A stretch of 64,000 nucleotides of DNA from Adineta vaga (Eukaryota > Animalia > Rotifera), in NCBI GenBank assembly GCA_021613535.1, contig CP075497.1:4588001-4652000 (forward strand). Reading direction: 5' to 3'. Made by a program: the position numbers and the translations under genes. Position 1 is the first letter of the stretch; every line of letters begins with the position of its first letter. Below the pieces are notes generated by a model. The model did no database searches and was not told where the DNA came from. It worked only from the letters and a program-made list of their open reading frames with translations. Shown piece by piece: positions 26,017-39,100 of the stretch.

Positions 26017-26262
26017 AAAGCATTATGTAGACAATAAAATCGATATCGCTCTTCCAAATTATCTCTAGTCATAGATACGTATGATGGTTTGTTGTGTAAT
26101 AATTTCTCATGATTTTATTTTAAATATATTCTTTTCATTGTTTTGTTTTATGCATTAAAAATTATTTCTTCTTCGTATCTTCTAGCTATCGTTTGTTGAT
26201 TTTATTCAAATTGCTTGTATGTAATGAAAGAAAAAGAAATTAGAGTTCATTCTGTATTTAAG

Positions 26263-27332
26263 TTAATTGAGACGTTTACAATCTTTTGCCGCATAGGCGA
26301 ATACTTGTAATGCTCTAAAGTAAAGAGAAAAAAAACAAACGATATATTTTCATACAACGAAAGTAAATATCATTTATAACGCTCATAAAATTGTATCGAG
26401 ACTATTTTTTTAAGGACAAGTGAGGAAACGTTTTTAATAGATTTATGATTAATAAATATAAAATGAAATAACAAATTTTTGAAGTATCCATGGAAATTGG
26501 GAGAGTGAATGAGTCAATCGTTAACAATATTGTGAAAGATGCAAACAATCATCTCTATGTTTGAACACGGTAGTATCAAAGAAAAACAATGTCTTTCTTT
26601 CTTTTAAAGGTCAATACTATCTCTATTTTAAATGACATTTATATTTATCTACGCATCCTTTTCTCATTCGTCAGTACATTTTTGAAAACAGATTGATTTC
26701 ATCTGTATATCTATGTCATAAAATACAAAATAAGAACTATCTTATTCTCTCAATAAATTTTACCGTGGTTTTTTCATCATCACTGTTGTTGCTTGTTTCA
26801 TAAATATCGATCGGTTATCTTTAAATACTTGACAGAAATTTTTTTCATTTGCATAACATTTAGTTAATATAGAAAAATATTTTCCTTCAAATGCATTACA
26901 ATTGAGTGTTTTACGTTGTTGAAAGATTCGAGTAAGAAAGTTTTGAGTACAGTTTTGAATATTAATCATCATTTCTCTTCCCTATTCAAATCAATTTCAG
27001 TTTAGTTTACAAAAGAAAGAAAAGAATCTTACTTCTGGAGTGAATTGAAGAACAATACTTTTAGGAAATTGTTTACATAACTCAAGTGCCCATGCAGTGA
27101 CACTTTCATCATTACATCGATAACGTTCATGGAAACATTGATGAAAATCACAAGCTGTTTCTAAACTTTGCGATTTTTCATAACATTCTTTGATTTCTAG
27201 TAAAGAGAAGCAAAGAAGATCATTTTCAATTGTTTTAATGAAGAATTATCAACCTTTTTGACTCATTTTAGCACCATATATAAATGTCGTAAGAAAAACT
27301 AATGATATAAATAAACGAAACATTCTTACCAT
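26263..27332 (-). CDS. Secreted cysteine-rich protein, stanniocalcin-like (4 exons)
   Basis: Signal peptide (MVR)MFRLFISLVFLTTFIYG, then CDFHQCFHERYRC...ELCKQF...FTPE|GREMMINIQNCTQ...LNCNAFEGKYFSILTKCY...NFCQV...|ALQVFAYAAKDCKRLN*. Cys spacing recalls stanniocalcin-like proteins. Confidence 0.6.
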
Positions 27333-28324
27333 CAACAACAAGTAAAATACACAAATGAATGTATTTTTCTATTTATCTTTGACTTTTTATTCTCTTTTTA
27401 ATATACGGTTTTGAATTACAAAAAAAAAGAGAAGAACGTCTATTTATCTCTTTATTGTTATATAAGCAATCGAACAGTTGAAAAGGTGATGTAAGTACAT
27501 AGATAAGTGGAACTGAATTTTCATACATAAATAAAAGATAAATATTTGAAGTATCAACAAAGAATTATCGATGTAAATTATATAATATTATTTATTTTAT
27601 TCGATTCAAGTGTTAAAGAAATCAAATCTAATATGAACTTATTACCGAAAAAAATGATAATTTTGTCAAATAAGATATGTTTATAATCATCGTTGAATTG
27701 CAGTCGACTACTGTATGTATAACATTTTGAATCAATTCATCGAATACTTAGTTCTGAATCGAGAATCCATATTCAAAGTATTTTATCTCTACGTACCTCT
27801 ACATTCAATAATTTTTCTTTTGATATGTCGCTCGTATTTGTCACGGATGAATGACGTTATTAATCAGTATTCGATTGATATTTCTTTCGTTCGTTATTGA
27901 AGACTTGCACATCGACACTGTAATTTATTCGTAGTCGGTTGTTTTTTCCACGTTTCCTCATAGTCCTTGAGTATGCTTACTTTTCGAACAGTCAGCAAAT
28001 AACATTTCGTTTTTTTCTCGTAGCTTTCCGACATGATTTAACGCAAAGGCAAAACTTAATCAATCATTTTATGAACATCGTATATTTTTATTGTCTAATG
28101 AGTCGCGAATATCTAAGAGCATTGCAATATACATTTAAGTGAGGAAAGAAAATAGCCATATATCGTTTCTTCGTTAGATTACTTTACTAATGAAACATAA
28201 CGAAATATTTGATATTATGAGACAAAAAATAGTCCGCTTTTTTCTTACTTTTTCAGACGGGAATATAAACACAAAATACCATCAGTTTCGTATCTAATTC
28301 GACTTTTCGATCTTATTGATTACA

Positions 28325-28492
28325 ATGCACGGTAAAGCTATCATTGGAGCTGCTATTGTCTTAATGTTTACCTTGGTAGTAACATGCGATGGAAGATCTA
28401 TTAAAAACAAGGCATTCTACGAAAGACGATCAGAAGAAACAACGACTGCAAAACCTGAAACTTTTTCACTATCATCTGTATCCGATTTATGA
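28325..28492 (+). CDS. Small secreted peptide precursor (55 aa; below the ORF-track cutoff)
   Basis: MHGKAIIGAAIVLMFTLVVTCDG-RSIKNKAFYERRSEETTTAKPETFSLSSVSDL*: clear signal peptide, RR site, GC-richer than flanks. Confidence 0.6.
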   Translation: MHGKAIIGAAIVLMFTLVVTCDGRSIKNKAFYERRSEETTTAKPETFSLSSVSDL

Positions 28493-31400
28493 ACAATCTA
28501 ACATCAGATATAAATCATTCATAGAAATAGTTGAATAGATATATATTTGAAATGATACGTATACGATATATTTCAAAATACTTTCGTTGATCATGTTTGT
28601 TGATTAGAAATTAGAAAGATTATTGAACAACTAACGGTCTAAGATATTCATTGTCGAAATCATCTTGAATTATTATTTAAGTTTATACAGCATAAATATT
28701 CATCGAGTAAAATATACGAATTTTCATATAGCAGAAATAATTCATCTTCAGTTTGATAGTCACTTTTTATAAAACAGTTCAGAGTTTATGATTTGTCAAG
28801 CAAGATTCTTGAATTTGTGAAACAACAATCTGTTCATTAATTATTTGATGTTTAATATTTTAAATCGAATAAAAACTTTAAATATCAGTAAAGTAAATGC
28901 TTTGAATGGATAATTCTCTTATACATTCCAATACTATTCGATATCAATATATCTCTATAACATATATGTTATTCATTATTACTTTGTATGTTTTGTGAAT
29001 ATAATAATGATTTGATTTAGACATTAATGATATAATACTGAATATTATAGATTACGATCAACTTAATATCACATTTAGAAGATATTTGAATGCAGATATA
29101 GTCTAATCGATTCATTTATCGTTTGATTTAAATTATTCTACTGCAATGAATATCTAAAGTTTCTCATTAAAGGAATATTTTGAATATAATCATATTAGAT
29201 ACAGTTCATTAATCATAAAACATTAATTGTTGTAGCTAAATTGAAATTTCTTAGGTGATCTTGTGCAGAATCTAAATAGATTATGATATGATTTCTTCGT
29301 TAAACTTACACATTGACATTTAGCACATTAGTACATACTAATTTTTTCAAGAAATCATATATTAGAATTGAACATTGTAGTCTATTATTCATCATATACG
29401 TCGTTTTCTATCGTATATTGTCAGTTAATTCTCAATTTCTTCTAGTTAAATAAAATGAATGAATATTGACCTTGGTATTTATTCATTCTTTGTTTGGTAT
29501 TGAATCTAACATATTTGTAGATACTGAATGTGCGATTCAATAAAATAAATGAACAAGAATTAATATGTTTCATTCATCTATTATTTGATCGTATAACTAT
29601 TCTATTTATTATAAATTTTTGAAATGAAGAGAAGAATCAGATAGTCGAATTGAAGATGATAAGATTTATTCTGATATTGTCTGATTGTGAGTATCATCGT
29701 TTGAAAATCATTTGAATTCTGAATCGAGAAGAGTTTTCGATTAAGAACATGTTTTGACTTATTTACTGACTAGATGATGATGAATTATCTCAAAATGAGA
29801 GAATAATTATATTTCCTAGGATAGAATATTTGAATCTATAATGATAAGATGTATTCAACAATAGTGAAATCATAAATATTCTATCTGAATAACGAATAAA
29901 CCTTTTGAGAAAGAAAATATTTGGATAACCATAGCAGTGACTCATTCATATATTATTTTGTGTTAATAGCCTCTATTTGAAACACATTTGAAAATTTAGT
30001 CGATCGTCAAATTTGAATAAGATAGTTTTTAAATACTTATTCATATATAATATCATATCTACTCTACGAATACAATCATCATTGTATATCTTGTACAAAA
30101 TAATATGAAAATATTGTTTTCAGTCTTTGTTTCAGATACCACCATCTGTTAAAAATGACATTCTATTCTTTATCTGACTATTGATTATTTGAAATAATTG
30201 AACATCATATAGAATATTTTGTTCATTGATCATGTACTGAAGATTGTTCTACATTACTACATATAAATATGTTAACTCCATCAAATATGAAAATCGAAAG
30301 TGCTTATGATGAATTCTATTGCCATTGGATAGATTTAATTATTTTTATATTCACTTTTCCATGTATTACTGAATGCCATATTTGAATACATTCATAATGG
30401 TCTGGTTTATTCATTGATTACCTAATAGATAATTATTTTAGTTATGAGAAACGTTTAGATACTTTTGAGAAAAATATTCAATCAAAACTATTATATTGCT
30501 CATTCATTAAGTATTCGATCGAAGATTTGATAAAATACTAATAAATCTATTTGTCAGTTTACAATATATTCAATCAAATCTATATTATTGTCTATTCAAT
30601 TATCATCTGATAAGATATTTCTTGAACTATTTCATATCTATCGTTTACTTTAGTGATATATTCCGATTGAATGCTAATCTAAGTTATTCATGTTCCATTT
30701 ACTTTCGAATCTTTTACATGAAACATATCAACAAATGTTTAACTGAGATATGAGTATACAATGATACTCACATTCATTCAACTTTCATGTGATCATAAAT
30801 ATTCATTATATTAGCAAGATCAGAAGTTTTATCACGACATATAGTAGTACAAACTGATATATTTATTTATTCATTTATTACTACATTCTGAAATCATCTG
30901 ATTTGGAAAATATATTACAAATTATGTCGTTCTATATGAGAATATATCACGATATGATTTATTCATTTGTCATGAGAGGTCTCATCCGAATGTATAGTGA
31001 ATATCAAGCATAGCTTACTTGGATATAGTTCTATGGACGATTCAATTGTCTTATCAATCTATCTTGTGAGTGTGTCTCTTTTATTGTAAAGTATATTTAC
31101 TTATTCACTCAAGAACATATGCGAACGCATGATACTATAAATGATTTCACTATTTTGTAACATAGAATCATAAATCGAGTAAAAATACCATGTATTATTA
31201 AATGAAAGACTTGAATAAAACAACGTTATATTCTATTGGAAAACTATGCGACAAATATTTCTATAAACAAAAACACAACGAACTTATTTTGCCATAGAAT
31301 ACACGATAAAATGATCTGTTCATTAGACATTTGATTGATTACATAGTATCCATCGAGAAATCTTATATATAATAAAATACAATACAAGAAAACACTATTT

Positions 31401-34400
31401 CCTTATAATTTATTCATTTGGTATATGAATTTGCGTTGTGTTGTAGAATAACTATTTAACATTATCATAATGTCACTTACTTGAATAGAATATTCCTTTG
31501 ATTGATTCATTCAACATTTGTTTTCGAGTCTTTTTATTCGATAATTATCTCATTTTTACTCGAATGTTATATTCGAACATAATTATTCTTTAGTCTATTC
31601 ATTTGTCATATGATGATAGATTGTTTATAGTTACACATATTTTTCTCTTTTTGGAAAGTTTATTTAAAAATATCTATGTAAGAAAATGATATATTCATTG
31701 GTTGTTTGATATTGACTATTCTTCGTAGAGAATGATTTGATATTTCGTGAAGAAAAAGTATTTGAATGAATGATCGTGTACTCATCTATTCATCGATGAC
31801 ATAGTTCATATATGTTCGTATAAAAAGATAAGGTGAGCTTCAGATGCACAATATATTTGAACGAAAAAAAGTTATACTTTATTCAAAAATCATTCAACCA
31901 TCGATTGTAAATATATGAATGAAGATCAAACATTGTATTAAATAGGATATTTGAAGAAAATTATGACCACATTAATTGTTCATGAATTATTCTATGTAAC
32001 ATCAAGTGTAGTAGAACAAATTTTTAGCAAAGCGTAATTGCAATAATCGAATATATAATTTTGTAAGTTATTTATAGAACAGTTAATAACTATTGCTATC
32101 CTCTAGAGCTAACTTGATCGGAGAGTGAATGATATTTGCGAATCGACATATGATAACATTCATTCAACTATCAGTATCTATCAGATTATTTAAAATAAGA
32201 AGAAAGGAAGTATTTCGCATTGAACGTAGTATTTGAACAAAAATATCGTTTGCTCGATTCATTTATCACCACATTTTATTATATAAAGTCAATTGCTTTT
32301 GTATGATTATGTAATATTTCATATAGTTGAATGTTCATATCGTCTGACATATTCATTAATGATCTCAAACTCAATCTTATATAGAAGACCATAAACAATT
32401 GTTCTATCAAAGACGATAATAGAACTCAATCCTCATATCATTCATTCACTAGTTGCTTGATTTTGTTGTCTTAAAAAACAGCATTCAATTATACATCTTA
32501 GTAAATCAAATACCTGTATATAGTTCTAATTTAATTTATTCTTAAATTATTTGACAACAAATCGTAAGAAATGATAGGAAATGATACTATATCATCAATT
32601 ATTATTGAATAAAATATTGCTATAACAAATTCATCCATCATTTCATTTCAAATGTCAGCATTCAATCAATATCAAATACTCTATCAAATCAATATTAGAA
32701 TAAGATCTTGATAGAATTTATTCAATAGTCGTGCAATGATAAATTTCATTTGAATATTAAAAATGAATATTTTATCTATCGATATAAATGAATATCAATA
32801 TCTTAACCCTTATTTTACTTTTGTATAATATTGAATAGTCTCGATCAATAAAAATTTTATATTTCATCAGATCATATATGTGAATAATATGATCATCGCA
32901 ATTGTTCATTTATGAAATGATAATGTTCCATCTCATCTATTGACAGATTCGTTTTTCGCCAAACATATACTTAAACAAAGATTTACTAAGAACTATTCCT
33001 TATTTATTTGGTGTTTTATCTTTTATCGTGTAAATGTTCTATTTTTTCATCAATAACAAATTTGAATACAAATCTATGATGGGTTTTTCACTTATTACTT
33101 GATATTATGCACTCTGAAATGAAATAAACATCTTACAATGTTAAATGGAATATTAGAACAGATCGACGAATAATTTGTTCTTTAATTAGTCAATATTCAA
33201 AGTCATATAATGATGAAATTTGTCGTTTCAAATCAATTTAATATTTGAATTTACATTGAACTTCTCGCTTGATTACTCATTATCTAATCTTTAATTGTCT
33301 TGTGTTGTTTAAAATCTATTATTTTATTCATAAAATAGTTGAATATGATCATCAAATCGTTTGTTCATGAATCATTTTCTCTTAATAGAGAAAATCAGCT
33401 TTTACTTAAATGTTATTATTGATAATGCATATGAATAAAATTTGGCCAGAAGTAAGTTGTTTATAGATATTTTACTATCAAGTAATTTTTTTATTCTCCT
33501 ATTTTAGAAAACGACATTTTATGTAAAGATGATCACGGAAACAGGCAAAAGACTTAGTTTTTTTTTCTTCTAATTCATTTAATTATCACTATCTTTCTCT
33601 TAAAATTCTATTAATAAATTTCAATAAAGCAATTAGTTAGAAACATATTTAGATTTCTTTACTGACGTAAAAAAAAGATCAAAAATAGTTTTTGATCAGT
33701 ATAATTTTTTAACTGCAAAATGTAATTCGATATGTTTCATATACATAACTATCCATGATGATTTTCAATGAATGTGTTCATGAAATAGATTGATTCCATT
33801 TCGACTTTGTACAAAAATGTTTCATGAAAACAAAATCTATTTATTCTTTCTCTGATAGTCTGCTCATAGTAATAGATATGTTATTCGTAGATCTTCTATT
33901 TTCGTAAACAGACATGAATATCTGTCGTTCTATACTTCTTTGATTGCATATATAATTTAGCAATATGTTTTTTTATCTATAGAAATATGCAACTACTCTA
34001 TCACTGAAAATATTTCATTAATGTGTGAATACTACTTTTGATTAATGTTTCATTACATATGCGCATATATGTCGTCTTACTTTTTCCATATTAAGGTTAT
34101 AATGTCCTTGTGAACGTATAGATAGAAATAGAAAATTATTGTTTAATGGAAATGAAAAGATGATCATCGACTTTGTATTTGAAATTAATTCTTTTCAACC
34201 ATATTGTGTAACTTTATAACGAAAGATCTGCAAATGGAAATGGATGTGCATTATAAAGAGGAATAATTTGATTAGTTCGAAATATGATCATGATCAATGA
34301 TTTTTATAATTGGCATATTCATTCAATATGAAATGCTTGTTGAATGAAGTTCTCTTTAAATGATTTGTATACTTATTCTAATCTATATGATTACTTGAGA

Positions 34401-36143
34401 ACAGAAATCAGAATTTATGCGAAATGCATCAGTGATTATATGAGTCGAATTCACTATGTATTTGTTTATGGATAAGATTAAATATTATATTTTCTCAGCA
34501 AATGCTTTACAACTGGAGTTCACTTTATCAATATTCATGTCGAATTCTCAAAAAGTTCAAAACTAAATACTAAACGACAACAAACAACAGATGTATATCA
34601 TTGTCTCATAAAAAATTGCTTGAGAACATGTAAAACGACATTTATTGATGTATATCGCACATTCATTTACAGATCTTGTTGAAATAAAAAAAACAACAAG
34701 TGACATTGACCAATTACCGTTCAAATGAATCGATTGAGAACTAGCTGGTTTATTTGTTGCTAGTAAAATAGATTTTGTCAACCATTTGGTCTCTTGATGA
34801 TTGCAGAGGGTTTGCCTATTGATTTCCTCAAAGTGATATACGACGCATAAAAGAATATACAAGTTTCTTAACAAAATCTTCATTTCAAAAGGTCTAACAG
34901 ACCGCAAAATTCTCTATTATAAGTCACACAATCGATAAGGAACTAAAGCAACCCTATTAAAACTACTGTAGTTCTGTTTATACAAAAACGAACATTCCTA
35001 CTAGAAAATTGATCTTTGGATTAACCTTTCAAATGTTTACTTATTTGATAACGATTCCCAAATGTGGATTCATTTCTTCTTATTTAGATAGTTTTTTCGA
35101 AGATTATTATTCATTCAAAGCAGATTCATCGACTCAAAATACTTTAAATTCGAATATGAAAGAAAAAGTCAGAGAAAAAAATCCATTGATTTATGAACTT
35201 CTACGAAATATTTTCAACATAGATGTCATCACATTTCTCTCATAAATGATTGCTTCGAGTATCAATTTAAAAATAAGTCAGAAAGTTTGTAATTAAAATT
35301 GTTCTGACTTCTGAATATGAGTATATCTTATTACTTTTTGAATAAGTGTGAAATCTAGTTAGTTTACATGATCGAGTTAAATCCACATCCGATCATCCTA
35401 ATTACTGTCAATTCAACAATAATATAATGGAACAAATCAAATATTGACAGAACTATTCTTCCCATCGAGACACTCATTGATCCTTGCTTTCCATTCTCTT
35501 TCTATATCTTAAACTATTGACTGAACTATCTAATTTACGTTAGATATTGCGAGATGAATAGAAATTCGTATGATAATTTATTTTTGTTTGTATAATTATT
35601 ACAGCTGTTAGTTTTTTTGTTACTTGAATATAGAAAGAGAAGAGAAGGAAAAGAGCGATCGAGATAAATGCATATGCAATCATGATGGCAACAACAGCAA
35701 CAGCTTTTCTTTTCTCTTTTCTTTTTTTCTTCTTCTTCTTCTTTTTGCCATCATTTGCTCTATTGCATGACAGAGGATAGAAACTCGTAATTGATGTAAT
35801 AAGAGAAAAAGGAAAAGAAGTCTTTGAGACGATGCGGATAAAGAAAATGTGGGAAAAGGCGGAAGTGTAAGCAAAAAAAACCGAGATGGAAAGGCAAATA
35901 TCTAGAAAATATGGACGCGAAAGTACAGAACAGAAGGAAAGAGAGAAAGAAGACAAAGCCAGGAAAAAATTTCTCATAATAATACTCATGTATACTATTC
36001 TAGTCGAAAGAACGAGAAAAGAAAGACAATCGCAAACACGCGCAAAACTTTTCTCATTGAGCAATATGTGACAACATTGTGTTAACGCACATACATAATC
36101 ATACATTAAAATTGTCTTATTCAATGCTGTTCATATTTAAACA

Positions 36144-39100
36144 ATGATTTCAAGGTGGAAGATATCAATTCTTTTCATTTCAATTTATATTGTTAATTCA
36201 AACACACAAGATTCGCCTTTTCAAGATATTCCAAATGTGTCCTTTACAAATACATCAAATTTATTAGCATCGTAAATATCTTTTTTTTCTATTTAGAGTA
36301 AAACGATTATGTTTGATCTTTTTCTTCCGTACTTCTCCTCCCTAGAACAACAACAATATCGGCAAAAACAAATCAATATCTTCGCGATCAATTAATTCGC
36401 TTAACCGATCAATTTTCATCGATAAAATTACGTAGTACTGATCATGTTCTTCGTCAAATTTATACACAATCATTAAATAGTTTTATAATTGAAAAACGAA
36501 ACTTAACCGAACTCGTTACTGAAATGGCTAATTACACGAATCGTGCCATTATGAAAAAACTCGAAGCTATCAGAAATTTAGTTAGTATTAGTGAACAATC
36601 CTATCGAAAATTTGCTGAAACGGATAGTAGTATTCGAAATATAACTGCAGCATATATGTTGGTAAGTATTGAAGACATCTATTCTATTTAATTATGATTT
36701 CTTTTTTAGCAACATGGATATCTAAATTCGAAAGTGGTGATTAATGAAACAAGTAATTCAACACATGAAAATTCTCCTATCACACGAACAACAACAACAA
36801 CAACAACAACGAGTACAATGTCAGCAGTTACAAGTAATGCTGATATGGAAAAGACAGTAACAAGTGGATTATCAACACGTGCACCACAATCGACGAGTAC
36901 AAATAGGAATGAACCTTCACCAAGTGAAACTGCACATGAAGATCATCGAGAAAAAAAAGAAGAAGAGTAAGAATAAAATTTATAGATTTCTATTAAAAAA
37001 TTCTTTCTGATTTTTATATAGTGTTTTATTAAAACAACTGATTATTCAACCAAAAAAACATTTTGGTGGTGCCTTTGTTAATGTAACTCATAGTACAGTT
37101 CATGTTCCTACAATTATTTATTCGTTAAGTAAGTAATACGAAAAGTATACAGACATTTGCATTCTATTGAATTTTATCTTTAGATCAAGAAATTCTTTTA
37201 ACTGCAAATTGGTCATATAATCTCAATCAAGCATTCATTGATAATTATAATCAAGATCCTGAATTAACATGGCAATATTTTTGTAGTCAAACAGGTCTTT
37301 ATCGTGTATGGCCTGGTCATAAATGGGAATATCCCGAAGGTGATATAGACGAACTTGATTTATTTGATTGTCGTGTACAAAATTGGTATATTCGAGCAAC
37401 ATCATCACCCCGAGATGTTATTATTTTAATTGATGCAAGTGGATCGATGACTGGATTGAAACGATCAATTGCTATTCAAACAGTTGAAACTATACTTGAT
37501 ACATTATCCGATGATGATTTCGTACAAATTATTAAAGTAATAGGAAAAGATGATGAATATAAAGTTGAATAATTCGATTGTTTTAGTTTCAAGAAAATGC
37601 AGAATATATTGACGATTGTTTTACTGATGGACTTATACAAGCTACAGTCGAAAATCGACATGTAAATCTATTACCATTGATTTTTTTCTTCTTAAGACAA
37701 GTCTGACGATATTTTTTAGAAATTTCGAACATCAGTTAATTCAAGTTTTAATACCGAAAACATTGCTAATTTTTCCCGAGCACTTAATATGGCATTTGAG
37801 TTATTAGATAAAGCACGATTGCAAATCTCTCGAACTGAAAATGCAAGACTATTATGTCAATGTCATTATTTATCATCTGATAATCAAACAGATGCACAAC
37901 GTGAAGCTTTTTGTCCATCCGATTTTAATGGTTTGAAATGAATAGATTGAAATTAGAAATGATAAGTTTTTATTCATTTTTTAGCAACAAAATATAAGTC
38001 AGATGAATCAATCTTTTTGGATAGTACAGGTTGTAATAAAATGATTATGATTGTTACTGATGGAGCAACGGAAACAGCGGCACAAGTTTTTCAAACTCGT
38101 AATTGGTCTCCTAATAATGTTTCAACATGTCATCCTTACGAAGTAAACATATACACAAAAGGAAATTATTCAATTTATGTCAATATGTTGTTTTTTTTTT
38201 TTAGACAAGAGTATTTACGTATATGATTGGAAGAGAATTAGGTGATCCAAAACATATCCGATGGATGTCATGTGCTAATAAAGGTGAGAAGATAAAAAGT
38301 CGATTTTGTTTATGTCATGGATAGATCGGAAATAACAGAGATGATGTTCATTTTTATGAATACTCTTGAGAGATAACGAATAAAGATGAACGGAGAAAAG
38401 TTGTTAGAAGATAAAAAGAACGATCGTGTTATTCAGAAACTATCGAATAAAATAAATATATTATTTTTTAGGTTATTTCGCCCATGTTTCAACATTAGAA
38501 GATATTCAAGAAAACGTTGAAGATTATATTCCTGTTACTGCACGTCCTATAGCAATGTACAATGATCATGTTACTGTTTGGAGTAGTGTTTTTCTTGATG
38601 TAGAAAGAACGTTACCAATTAAAGCATATAAATGGTTTGCGTATAAAATTCCTGATTTATCGATATCAATGGAAGAATTTAAAAATAGATCGAAGGTAAA
38701 CACTTTCTTGACTAGTTAATCAAGTTGTATTATGTGATTGTTTTGAAATCTAGCCTGCTAATTTGATGATTTCAATTGCTCAACCTGTTCTTAATCCACC
38801 ACAGAATGTAAGATGACTTGAATGAAAATGTAATGAAAAGAATCGTTAACGAATATTTCATTAGGTACAAGATGCTACTATTTTATTGGGTGCAGTTGGT
38901 GTTGATATTCCTGTTAAACTTTTACAAGAATTTTCACCAAAATATCGAGTATGATGAATGAATTCTGTTTGATTGAGAAATAGATTTTCTCATTTCTCAT
39001 TCTAGCTTGGTGTTCATGGTTATTCATTTATGATTAATCATAATGGATATTTGATGTTTCATCCCGATCTACGGCCCGTGGTATGTTGATTTATTTTCAT

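Noticed and set aside
34807-34956. Possible hAT-like ends AGGGTTTGC ... GCAACCCT
   Set aside because: Only ~8 bp, imperfect, with no target-site duplication or second copy in the window.
35540-36124. 194-aa hydrophobic minus-strand ORF and the overlapping 35886-36071 ORF
   Set aside because: Products of purine/pyrimidine-skewed low-complexity sequence in the alpha2delta upstream region; no domain signal.
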